This document shows, one piece after another, positions 38,900 to 51,420 of a stretch of 64,000 nt of DNA. The stretch covers positions 59,093,741 through 59,157,740 of the forward strand of contig CM041465.1 of assembly GCA_023213395.1 (NCBI GenBank). Reading direction: 5' to 3'. The notes below the pieces were generated by a model, which ran no database searches, had not been told where the DNA came from, and saw only the letters and a list, made by a program, of their open reading frames with translations. A program made the translations under genes and the position numbers. This DNA is from Cycas panzhihuaensis (lineage: Eukaryota > Plantae > Cycadophyta). Numbering within the stretch: the first letter of the stretch is position 1; every line of letters starts with the position of its first letter.

Positions 38900-39327
38900 A
38901 GGTACGAATGGATTGTAGTATGGAGGACAAGATGACCTAAGACTTAGGTGCCTGGGTGACTGAACAAGCCTCTCAAGGAGGGTCACTAAGAAGAGGGATG
39001 TGAAGCTCAAGGACGAGGTGAACCAGGTTGTCCACTTTAGCGTTGAGAGTCTAAGGGATGGAGGAGATCTTACGAAGTATGGAGGAGAGGCTCCCAGGAG
39101 TAGAGGGTGAGAGGGATCGTATCCAGGCATGATACGATCAGCTGGTGGATCAAGTGACATCGAGGTTTTCACGAAGTAGGACACATACTCACACGATGGT
39201 GGCAAACCCGAGGAGGCCTTGAGATAAGGGGAGAGAGGCAGGGAGCTCCTAGAGGCACAGGAGGAGTCAAGGAGGTATGTGGTCCTTAAGAGAGGGATCA
39301 CATAGACTAAGAGAGGATGCACCATGA
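38900..39327 (+). pseudogene. Antisense extra ORF remnant (coiled-coil-like) in the 3' region of the Ogre/Tat-like element
   Basis: Frame 39058-39327 MEEILRSMEERLPGVEGERDRIQA*YDQLVDQV...*DKGREAGSS*RHRRS. Its three internal stops are all compatible with C>T changes. Confidence 0.5.
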
Positions 39328-40034
39328 GAAGGAGACCACTAGATAGTAGGAGGTGCTAGTTTTGATTTGGGAAAGCACTAGATCTCTAGGGAGTCACCAT
39401 ATGTTGCCACATGATTGTATTCCTCCATGCAAGGATTTTGGCTTCTCGCAGATGATGTACCATACCATTTGTATGATATGATACATTATGGTCTCTATGT
39501 ATATAGACAGGGCCATTGGTACCCCATTTGATATATGATGGCATGCGATGATACATGATGATGGATTATGTTGCTTTTGCTTTTATGTGTATGTTTGTGT
39601 ATATATGTGTGAGGGTGCATAGGTGCATGAGAAGCTATAGATCATGATGTTTTTGAGTTGATTACCATATGGTTTGTGTTTGAGGTTTGTTTGAGTTGCA
39701 CACACTTCCTTTCATGCAGGGCCACATCCCTAGTGGGCGTACACACAATCACCATGAGTAGCAGTGATAGGTATATGCAGGGCTTGGAGATAGGGGAGCC
39801 ATATATGTCCATGTAGGAGCATAGTGAAATATGCAAAGGAAGCACTAGCAAAAAAAGGAGTAACGATACTTGAGTATGCCATCTTAATTTAGGAGTGTTT
39901 TCAGGGTCAGGTGCGACAGGGATAACATACCCAATTAGGAGGATGGGGCCCCCAAAGAAAGGGGAACAAGGGGTTCCATGGGAGGAACCCAAAAGGAACA
40001 AGAAGGCTCATTTTGGAGCACAAAGAGAGAAGAG

Positions 40035-43000
40035 GTCATGCATAAAATTTCTTTAGGAATTTCCCATTAATGGCCTTCTCAAACTCAAGACTTTCTAAGG
40101 TGGCAATCTTGTAAGTGTCATTATCGAGACTCTCGAGAACGATGAAGGGGCCAGCCTATTTACATCTGAACTTAGATAGGCGGTCATGGAGATATTTCAA
40201 TTTGAGGATGTGGTCCCTGAGATGTAAAGGGCAGGAACGAAGGTATTTGTCATATGTCCTTTGTGCCCTAGCCTTAGAAGCGAGATTCGCTTGGTAGTTG
40301 GTCAAGTGCCTCTCGTCTAAGGCCTCGAGGTCTAAGAGGTGAGCCTGGTAGATAGAATCCTCATCGACGAGACCTCAAAGAGAGACTTGTAAGGAAGGAA
40401 TCTTCACTTCTAATGGGAGAATCACCTTTGTTCCATATACTAAAGAAAAAGGGGTCATTCCCGTAGCTGTATGGATAGACGTGCGATATGCCCATGGAGC
40501 AGAAGGGAGCTATAGATGTCAATCTCTTTGAGATTGGGCTACGATTTTCTTTAAAATGTTTATAGTGGTTTTGTTGAATGAATCAACTTGGCCATTGGCT
40601 TGGGGGTAATAGGGAGAGGAGGTTTTATGAGAAATTTTAAATTTCTCACAGAGTTCATCCATCTCCTTATTATAGAAAAGAGTTCCATTGTCTATGATCA
40701 AGACATCAGGGACTCCAAAATGACAGATGATGTGCTGGTAGACGAAGGTGACTATTGTCTTACCAGGAGTAGTGGTCAAGGGGACTGCTTCAGCCCATTT
40801 AGTGAAGTACTCCATAACAGTCAAGATGAACTTGTGCTACGATGAAGAGGATGAGGATATGGCTCCAATAAGGTTAAACCCCCATGGGAAGAAGGGCCAT
40901 GGAGATATGATGGGATGGAGGGCCTCTGAAGGCAAGTCAGTAATGTTAACGTGCTCCTGGCACCACTGACATCTCAAGGCATAAGCATGAGAATCCTTAA
41001 AGAGGGACAGCTAGTAATACCCCATATGAAGGATCCTTTGGGCCATGGATTGGCCCCCAAAGTGACCTCTGCAAATGCCATTGTGGCATTCACGAAGTAT
41101 TTAGTTCACTTCGTCAGGGTTGACGTAGTGAAGAAGGATCCCATCGAAGGATCTCTTGTACAACACTTTACCCATGAGAAAGTATTGCATGGTAATAGCC
41201 CAAATACGAGACCTAACTTTGTTACTAGCTTCAGGGTGATACTACTGCTGGGTAAGGTATTGTACAATGTCTCTATACCACTCATTGTCAATAAGTGGAT
41301 GGGGAGGAGAATCTTGAATGGCTAAGATAGGCTCGTCAGGCAAAGAATCATCAATGGGAACATCAAAAGGGTTCAGGATGGGGGTATCGGTGAGTTGCTC
41401 AATGACCACTATCCCTTTCTTTAACTTCCTGTTAATGATTTAGAGGTTAAATTTCTAAAGGAGGATGACCCACTTACCAGTCCTACCTGTCAAGTCAGGT
41501 CAGGTGAGTAAATATCTTAGGGGATCAAATTGGATGATCATCCGAGTAGTATTCCCAAGTAAGTAGTACCTAAACTTCTTAGTAGCATGTATCAAGGAGA
41601 GACACTCCTTCTTGGTGGGGGAGTAGTTAAAGTTCAGCAGCCACGAGAGTGCAACTTATGAAGTAAATGGCCCTTTTGGTTCCTGAATCATCTTCTTGGG
41701 ATAACATAGTGCCCAAAGACTCATTGGTAATCGAAGTATAGAGAACGGATGACCGGTCAAAGAGAGGGGGCACCGATGTTGGGGCAGAAGTGAGGGCTTC
41801 CTTGAGTTCTTTGAAGGCTTGCTGGACCTCTAAAGACCAAATAAATGGGCCTCCCTTCTTTAGTAGGTTAGTAAGAGGTTTGGCATTTATGGCAAAATTC
41901 ACTAAGAAATACTTAAGAAATTTGAGCCTACCTAAGAACGACTTGATTTTTCATTGGGTTTTAAGAGGTGGCATGTCAAGGATGGCCTTGACTTTGTCGG
42001 GGTTGATTTGGATTCCTTGTTTTGACACAAGGAAACTAAGGAGTTTGTTAGCTGTCATGATAAACACGCATTTAAGAGGGTTGAGGCTTACATGGTATTT
42101 ACAATATCATGTGAAGATGGCTCGTAAATCAGAAGGATAATGGGCTCTAATGTGTGACAGACCCATCATATCATCCATGAAAACCTCTAAAGATTTGTTA
42201 ATAAGGTCATGAAAAATGAATTGCATTGCCCTTTGATAGGTGGCCCCTACATTCTTTAGCCCAAAGGGTATTGCCTTATAGATGAATATGCCCCACATGA
42301 TAGTGAAGGCTGTCTTATGACAGTCTTCGGGAGAAATCTGGATTTGGTTGTAGCCTGAGAAGCCATCCATCAAGGACATGACTTTAAAAGTAGTGCTTTG
42401 ATCAATGATTTGATTGATGAAGGGAAGTGGGAAGTTGTCCTTGGGACACACATTGTTGATGTCTTAGAAATCAACACATATCCTAATTATCTTGTTCTTT
42501 TTGGCAACAGGGATAATATTAGATACCCACTTAGGGTAGTCGATAGAAGTGATTAACCCCATGTTTAGGAGTTTTTTAACTTCTATCTTGACAGTAGCTG
42601 AAAGGTTGGGGTGAAGAGGACACTACTTTTGGTGCATGGGATGAGTACTTGGGATAGTGGTGAGTTTATGGGTAACGATCAAAGGGTTAATCCCCTTTAT
42701 ATTAGAATAGTCCCATGTGAAGACGTCTCAAAATTCTTAGAATAGAAGGGTGTACTCCTTCATTTCGTTAGGAGAGCATTCCACTCGCACTTTAATGACC
42801 TTACCTAGGGCAAGGATTATATCCTTAGTTGCCCCCATGCATATGGCATTCCCCTCCTCGAAGTAGAGGGGGGCTTGGTCAATGGGAAGGGGCAGAATAA
42901 GAGACAAATTTGGGTCAGTGAGGGAAGACCTAATAGCGAGGACCTTCTAGTGACCAAGCCTATGGTGACTAGAAGGGAGATTAGATATAGAGCCTACTAA

Positions 43001-46000
43001 ATGATCAAGCAAAGCCTCACCATCCTTAAAGTAGTCCACCCCATGGATGACCATACCTTGAGAAGATGAGGAGAGAGGGGAAGTAGAGGCAGTAGGATTG
43101 TGGCAATTGACACACCACTCGACATACCTAGAGGACTCTCCAGAAGAGTAGGAAAGAGTTCTCCTGTGAGGAATAACAGGAGGCTTCCCAGCTTCATTAT
43201 CCACAGGGCACGATGAAGAGGGAGATATAAGAATCACCTAATCGACATGAGAAATAACATGAGACACAAAGGAAGAGTTAGTTTCTTCAATGATGGGAGT
43301 TCCAGATCAGGACCTGAAATGAAGGGAGTGCCCTCTACTTGTGCTTAGGAGAGAGATGGGATGAGGGAAATCCTCATCCTCACCATCAGACTCATCGTCG
43401 TTAAGTATGGCGAGATACCCATAGCTTCCAACACTAATAGGGGCAAAGCGTGTGAGGTTGGAAGAAGAAGATGAAGGGTCTTCTTCCGAGGGGGATGGAT
43501 TAGGGATGTCGATGGAGCAAGTGGAAGCATAGGTAGAAAAGTCATTGTCACCTTTTACTTGACCATAAACCGCTTGACGAGGTTGGCAAAGTTGCTTAGC
43601 AGGAGGAGGCTCTTGAGAGACAACCCTCATTTGCCCCTCATGGATAAATTTAAGTTGTCCTTACCAGGATGAGCATATGACTCCCATTTAGTTGAGCCAT
43701 GGGCATCCTAATAGAAAATTATAGTCGATGTCGACGTCAAGAACTATAATATCAGTGAGGACAGTCTTGTCCTCAAGAGTAAAGGGGATAGACACCGATC
43801 CTAAGGGTGTCTTTTCACTACCATCATAGCCTTGACATCGCTATGGAACCAACTCCAGGGTTGATATGCTAAGCTCTTACATAATATGCAAGGGCATGGC
43901 ATTAACGGAAGAACCATTGTCAACAATGGTTCTTCATAAAGTACAATTGGGAGTATCAATGGTTATGGTGAAGGGGAAATGCCATTGGTACTTCCATTCA
44001 TTGGCAGGAGGAAGGTCCTTAAGATCAAAAGAGATAACAGATTTACGACTTGGGGTAACACCTAAGGCATGGACGGATGTGTCACTCAATCCTAAGGCTT
44101 CCAGGAGAAGTATACACTATTTGAGGTAGCTCCTTAAGATGTCCACTATAGACATTCCAGCAGCCATGGTATGAAGCTCGTTAACAACAGAGAAAGGCTT
44201 CTCCTTTACGATAGGTTAGGGAAGAGCCCTTCGAAAGTCGTAGCGACTAGGACACACAAGAATGGTCTTGGGGAGTGTAGGGACTTCTAGAAGAGAGGTT
44301 TCCAGAAGAGGGTCAAGGTGAGGTGTGGATGAAGAGGCATCATTTATCTCTTTAGCTGCTTGAGACTGGGTTAGGGCATATAACAGAGTAGTCTCAAGCA
44401 TGTGAATGGCCTTCTTTCCCTTATTTTAGGAGTGAGAAGGTGAAGGAGTACAATGGTCAGGAGAATCAAAGGAAGATAACAGATTCCTTGCACTCTTCCC
44501 TTTGGCTTGGGAAGGGTGAGGGTTTGGGGATCTTTCCATGTTTCTGCTATTCTTTTGTTGGTTAGTATGATCATATTCCCCATGTTTGGGGAAGGGATCT
44601 CTATGGATGGGCTAGTCTAAGTTAGGCCTAGATGCCCATTTAGGGGAAGAATTACACTGCGGGGCAGCTCTAGGGTGCTTGGCCTGGTACTATGAATCTT
44701 CATGGAAGCATTCTCCATGGATGGAGAACCACTTCTTGTCAAGGGAGGAATCAAGTTTCATCGCTTGAGAAGATTGGGTGTTACCATCCTTAGAGGGAGC
44801 TGTTTGGGAATCTTGGTGAACTAGCTTATGCGAGGTGGGGGATGAAGGAGCCTAGAGTTTGAGCTCCTTCATAGTACATTCGAACGAATGTATGGCAGAA
44901 GTGAGAGGATCTAAGGTCTTCTTGGTGGGATGAGAAGAAGATCTAGCAAATTGTTGGATTTTGGTCTCTCAGGGTGGTGGAGTTGCCTCATGTTGTTGTG
45001 AGGGATTTAGAGGCTTCTTGAGTCCAGCTTGGATCTCAATGGCCTCAAGCGCCAAGCACTTAGCTATGGCAGAGTCACACGTAGTTGCCCCTATTTTAAG
45101 GACTTTGATGTGGACTTCTGGGTGAAAGGCATTAACAAAGAGGTCTCTCTTCAACTCCTCAGGAAGAGTTACCTTGGTGGAGTGAAGAAGGTCATGGAAG
45201 CATCTCACAAAGTCACGATTCATTTCATTATGACCTTGTTTAAGAGACAAAAGGGCGTTTATCCTACTCTCGAATGGGCGAGATACATCAAAGTAGTTGA
45301 CAAATTCATCTACAAGCTATTGGAATGAAAAAATAGAATGTGTAGGTAGGTAATAAAACCACTTAAGGGAATCGCCTTGAAGGGATTGTGGGAAAAGTTT
45401 CATAAGAATGTGGTCATAGGCCTAGTAATCGATGCATGCCATAGAAAAAATATGGACATGCTCTATTGGGTCCTATGACGAAGTCCCATCAAATTTAGGG
45501 ACTTCAAGAGGATGAGGTGGTAAGTTAGTTCTTAACACCTCGATGGATAGGGGCGTCGACCAATAGTCCATAAAGGGGCATGCCCTTGATTGGACCATAG
45601 GGTCAACAGAATCTAGAAGAGGAGGTGTGCCAGGTTGCCTGAATCCTCCTCGGAGGGTTTGGTTTGAAAGGGGATGCTGTCCTCCCACCATTTGGTGAGA
45701 GGATACAAATCCCACATTCAAAGGGGCATGCATAGACGTAGATTGGGTAAACTCTCCTTATTGAAAAGCAGCTTGAGGGAAAATGCTTTGGGAGGGGGTT
45801 GGCCCTCCTTGTAAAGGCCCAACGTGAGGTACCACATAGGATGACAGAAAGGAGGGGTGAGGGACTAGATTTTGCCCATATGGGTCGCCCGTGGGTGGTG
45901 CAACCCCATATGGGTGAAAAGGGTCCACCCCATAAGCAGGAAGGGAGTTCTCTTTACCGTGCCCCCACGATTGAGAGGTGTAACTGGGAGGCACGTAGAG

Positions 46001-46764
46001 AGAAGGGTCCCTAGGCTGCAGTTGAGAGTGTGTGGGGGTGGGCCCCATATGACTAGAAGTAGGGGGACATGTGGGTCCCCTAGGTCTAGTAGGCAGTGGA
46101 TAGACTATGGTCAGAGGAGGAATAGTCATTAGATTAGACAAGGGCATGCTCAACTAAGTTGGGAAGAAGGCATGCCTTGGGTGGTTCCCATGGAACATAA
46201 ACCATGGGGAGAAGAAGATGAGGTGGGAGGTAGGCTCATCATGGATAGGGAAGTCAAATGGGATAAGCGAGGCAAGGGAGATGTAGAAGAAGGAAGCACA
46301 ACACTTCGCAAGATATTCTCGAACCACTTAGGATGTGGTTGGAGACAAGCGGCTTGGAAGCATTGGCTAAGGGATTCTACTACGTCAGTAAGAGGGGTAT
46401 CCGCTTGATCGTAAGAGATGGATGGAATCTCATATGAAGCGGACCCCATAGGGTGATGCTCATGAGGATCACCATTGTGGTGGTGAAATTTTAGAGGGGA
46501 CGAAGGCTCTACTTCATGAGTAGAGGGATGATGGGATTGTGGGTGTTGCTGGTTACTCAGATAAAAGATAGGATCTTCACTCCCTTGGGTAGACCCTTGG
46601 AAGGAAGTAGAAAGCTCAAGCAAATCATACATATAAGCATGGTATGCCCAATCTGAAAGAGATCACTCCATAATCAAATCGAGATTTGATGTAGGAAGGG
46701 AGTGATATGAGGGGTCTTCTAACAACAGAGGTAGACTTCGTAAGCGACATGAGAATTGTCGCAT
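40035..46764 (-). pseudogene. gag-pol of the Ogre/Tat-like element
   Basis: Probable ATG at 46764, Pro/Ser/His-rich leader, gag VPKFDG (~45490), PR IVDNGSSVN (~43920), RT 42107-42451, RH 41627-41902, INT 40519-40824. Confidence 0.9.
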
Positions 46765-46926
46765 ACAAGTTCTGCCTATTGGTTAGAAGAAAGAAGAGAT
46801 AAAGTGGTGTACATGTTGGGGGCTGCCCAACAAAACTAAAAGGAGGAGATACCTAGAGGAAGTAGCACCAATAGAAAGGGGGAAAGAATGATTCCCTTAC
46901 TGGTAGGTCCCCAGTATGGTCGCCAG

Positions 46927-49900
46927 TGGAATTGCATCTATGGGATGGTAACCATACTTGGTTAGGATTAGGTTAATCAACAGAGGGCTCCAGAATCTAC
47001 GGTCAATCTGCCAAGTGAGAGAAATCACCCACACAAGGCGTTTGTGTGTCAAAATGTAGGTTCGAGACCCACAAATGGCGCACAACTCCCCTTTGAGTAA
47101 CTTAGTTTTGGTTTTGAGGGCATCAAGAGCAAGGGATATCCTCAATTTTCTGAGTAACCTCAAGACATAGGTCTTCTCGCCCTTGGATGGCTGGAAGGGA
47201 AGGGCAAGACTGAATGTGGGAATGGATCATCACAGAAAATGGAGGGATATGAATGGGATGTGTTTGTATGAATGATGCAGGAGGTATACACTTGTAAGAA
47301 TGGCATTGGATAGCCACCTCACGTACGTGATTGACCCAAAGAAGGGGGATGCCAAGGTTGCCTAACTAGTGTAGGTGTGATAGGATTGGAAGAGGATGTC
47401 CTAGGGGTAAAATCCTCTTTAGGCTAACTCGCCCAAAGTGAGTTTGGGAGAGTAAGAGGCAACAATAGAAGAGGCTTACTCCATCTTATATATGAAGGGT
47501 TTGACCTTCTATGTGTGATGGTGAAGTGATATGTAGCTTGCTATGTTTGTTGCAAATGAGAGACAAGAACTATAAAAAGAATAGCAAATACACTCTCGTT
47601 TACTCTCAAATGCAAAATCTCACTCTCTTTTCATTTTTTAATGGGGGAAAAGGGAGTAGAGGGGGCAAGAAAATTAAGTGCAATCATGCATACAAAAGAT
47701 GTGAGGCCTATAGGAAATGCATGTAATCAAGCAAGAAAGCAGAAGGATATGGTTCCTATCTCATGCTCTTTCCTAGGAGTGTGAGCCTAGTATGCATATG
47801 TAAGTAGTAGATACAAACTTGTTTCTATTCTCTTTTTCCTTTTATGTTTCACCTATTCAAGCAAATACGCTTAAACAGAAAGGGAAAAGAGTTATGAAGA
47901 GAAGAGAACGACATACCTAGAGGACCGTGTGGCTAAAATCATACCTAGAGAACCGTGTGGCTAAAATAAGGACATTCTCTTATGCTACATGCGCTCCCCT
48001 TTTCCTTTCCCAACGCACGGGCAGCGTAGAGCAATGGTGTTGGGGTTTCCTTACCTTCTCCAAGCTAAAAGGAAAAGATAAAAAAACCAAAAGAAAAGGT
48101 TATGCTAAATACAGAAATGACAAGGGGAAAGAATGAAGGAGATGTACCTAGATTGATGCATTTTTTTCTTCTCTGTGAGTAGAGTAGTGAAACTTGCAAT
48201 CAAAGAGTGCTCCCCCTTTTTCAAGGGGTTGCTAGGATGCCAAGTATATATCTATATATGTGTATGCAAAGTGCACAAAATAATGCAAGTGAAGTACTTC
48301 AATCAAAGTAAAGTTCTATTTAGAAAACAATCTCCAACCTCCTTAATGCAAGTAAGACAAGATAAAAGGACGGGGATGGTTAGCCTTAGAATGGCTAACC
48401 CTCTAATGCACACACCTCCACACTATCTAAGCACATAAATGATAGATCTAGATAGTATAATAGCAGCAAAAAGTACGGGAGATAGGTTGCACAAAGGTTG
48501 TAAATGTTGTCGATATTGCAAGGAGTGCGATGTGCAACGTTTGCAACTTAAAGCTAAGCCAACACCTAAAAGTGACATATGGTATGACTAAGGGCTAGAT
48601 ACTCTGTCCATGTAAGGTGACCAGGGCTGGAACCAGTGCAGCAAGGTGCTACGTATGCTGATACTAGTGATAGCCTCTCTTTCAAGAGCTCTCTGGTAGT
48701 CCAAGGGAGGCACAAAAGAGGAGGAGGAAAAGGTGAGAAGGGGGTTGCCCTTGAGGAACATGCCTTGTTGGATGCAGAACCTACCTTAGCTCCTTTCTCT
48801 CACCCTTTTAGGACCTCTCCTTACAGCCTCCTTAGAGAAACCAAGACAGAGTAGGAAGGTAGGGAGGACAGATGAGGAAAAATAGAGGGGATGCCTCCTA
48901 TATTTGATGGAAAAAATGAGAAAAGAGATGTATAAGGTATTTTAATCTCTTTTGAAATAACTTAAAGGGAACAAAATGAAATATAAATGGAATAGTACCT
49001 ACTATGGGCAGATTGGTAGTAGATTTGCCTAAGAGAATAGTAGAGGAAGGCAGTCCTGTGAGGTTTACAGGTGGATTCCTGTATAGGCTATGAAACTTGG
49101 AGGAGAACTTGCTGAAACCTGATGCTTGTGCATGGAAGGGAGTCTTGGAGCACGTCCTTGCATGGAGAAGCTTTGTCTCAAGCCTGTTGCTATGGATTTG
49201 AGCTGCAGAGGGTAGATCTCAGGCTAGGACAGAGGTGTGCTAGATGTTGTAGGGTGCTTCTGTAGAAAATCACCTGTGAAAGTGAAAGAGGAGAGGAGAA
49301 AAAATGGAGGAAGAGGAGGAAATGAGGTCTTTTTTGGGTTTTATACCTAACCCTAGCTTAATTGGATGATTAGGGTTAGGCTAGGACTTGGGATATGACT
49401 TAGCCATATGGTAATTTCATAAAAAATATGGAATTTGCCATGGCAGATTTGAAAAAATATTTTATGACAGTCACCTCATGACAAACTTCATGGTACTATG
49501 AAGTTTCATGCAGATCGCAACATTTGTCACGCAAAGGATGTAATGGAGAACAAAAGGAGAAGAGGGGGCTGGGACCCCTAAAGGAGGGTACCCCAAGCCT
49601 AGGAGGGCTTAGGCTAGAGACAGTCATAAGGAGAAGATGACCTAGACCAGATGGGACACCAGAGAAATAGGGTTCCCACGAAGCTGGCAAATGGATAAGA
49701 AGATACCAATCACACTTAGCGATGCACTAAGAGCTATGATGTGGCAATGGGGGTGTGAACAGATCACACATGCTAGTTGGTACTTGAGACAACATGGAGG
49801 TATGTAAGAGGGTTATGGAGTACCATTGGGATACATGTCCCATGATCATCATAGGCTAGAATAGCATCAAGAAATATGATCAAACAACAGATGCAAGGTG

Positions 49901-50047
49901 ATCACTCAAATGTATCAATCAATCATGCAGAGAAAAATAGATGCTTCAAGTTACCTTTCTAGAGAAGTGAAAAATACAAAGGATAGAAGCATACCTACAC
50001 TTACCTAAGTCGACTTGCCAAAACCCATTCCCAGTAGCTAGGAAACA
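46927..50047 (-). repeat. 5' LTR (3121 bp)
   Basis: Next to the PBS. Carries a private 28-bp tandem duplication at 47912-47967. Confidence 0.97.
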
Positions 50048-51043
50048 ACTTGCAAATTGGTTTAAGAAATCATTGTGTATAAACTATTGAGCTTCCAAAA
50101 GATGCAAGTTGTAAGAAAAGTTACTTAATTTCACTAACAGTAGTACGTAATTTATATAATGCAACACTAGGCAACGACTTATGGGGTGCTAATTATAGAG
50201 GCAAAGGGTATAAATAGATAATGTAGGCTATGTGAGAAAGGGGAGGAGATTGATCAACTAAGCAAAGAGAATATAGACAAGGAAGATAGTAGAGGCAAAA
50301 GAGGCATAGAGAGGAGGAGCTAGTAGATGGATGATACATGGTAGCATATGTTATATGGGGTTGCCCCTAGTTATTCTATCTTGTATTTTTGTAGTTCTAG
50401 ACTCCATACTCAATTTAGAGTAGTAGACCATATCATTTTGTAAATTTTCATCATAGAGGTTTTACTCAAATAGATCTCTAAAATATGTAGAGATTTATCT
50501 AGTGTTAAAATGTCTTGATTCTTGGTAATGTTGAACATTTTTATTTAGTCTATGTAATATTGAATCTTTGGCATGACTGAGGAATTTATGATATGAATAT
50601 GGCGATTAATCAAATTATATTGATATCATTGGTTTATGTCTTTATTGATGATGTCTCTATGGATTAGCTCAGTCTACTTAGCATTTGCAGGGTTATTGTT
50701 CATATTTGGTCTGATAAGTAGTAATAGAATCTGTCTCCCTAATATGTTTTATCATTTCTCACCTATTACTATCTAAACCTCTCTCTTTTCTTCTATACAT
50801 TTAAATACATCAATATTTCCTTTATCTCTTAGAATGTCCCTAAACAACTTAATAATAAACCATGGTAACATCTTGTACATAGTGTACGATCCTTGTGTAT
50901 AATGCATGAAGCCAGTCTCAAGTTAAGTATTGAATATTCTACAATAATTCATGTTGCCCACTATTTTTATGTGAAGTCCATAGAACACATCAAAAACTAA
51001 CCTTATTGTAATCCATCTATGGGTAGAGGAATAAAAATAATTG

Positions 51044-51420
51044 CAGATGAAAGCGCCTCGAACGACCGTGAGGGAGTGGCGAGTGCGCCCTCAACCCTCC
51101 CACTTTACTCCCATATATCTTAATTAAAAAAAAAAAAAAAAAATGCAAACCGCCGCTTGAAATACGCCGTTAACCGTGGAAGAAGTCTAATCGTTAACCA
51201 ATCTGCGAGCATGAATTTTAAAGCACTGGTCACATAGAAACTGACAATCAATCAAAAGTTGAATGAGCTTCACGTTGTTGCCAATATTGGTTGACTACGC
51301 TCTGAATGCCCATTAATAGCGATTACAGCGGAGGAAGCCTACGGTCGGTATCCTGATGCACGCACTAGTTGTTAACAAAAATAATTGGAGAAAATCAATT
51401 CCACTTAATTCATTTTTTCC
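51044..51420. other. CpG-rich non-LTR insert with internal (A)18
   Basis: About 20 CpG in ~370 bp versus about 4 in the preceding 1 kb. Absent from the partner LTR. AAAAATAATTG at 51033-51043 and 51377-51387. Confidence 0.75.

Larger units (their letters stand above)
35387..50047 (-). mobile_element. Complete Ogre/Tat-like Gypsy, 14.7 kb, 3.1-kb LTRs, TSD ACTTG
   Basis: LTRs 35387-38468 and 46927-50047. ACTTG at 35382-35386 and 50048-50052, empty site at ~59288 in the host's other LTR. PBS TGGCGACCATACTGGGGA at 46908-46925, PPT 38469-38480. RT CPKDNFPLP...MDGFSGYNQI, integrase EYFTKWAEA...YYPQANG. Confidence 0.97.

Noticed and set aside
38882-39325. 147-aa minus-strand ORF as an Athila env-like gene
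   Set aside because: Short and Leu/Ser/Pro-rich as expected for the antisense of a purine-rich coding strand. No env-like features recognised.
51090-51376. Telomerase RNA or snRNA gene (TCCCAC plus TATA-like motif)
   Set aside because: No CTAAACCCT template, the USE match is partial, USE-TATA spacing is far too short, and there is no recognisable snRNA body.
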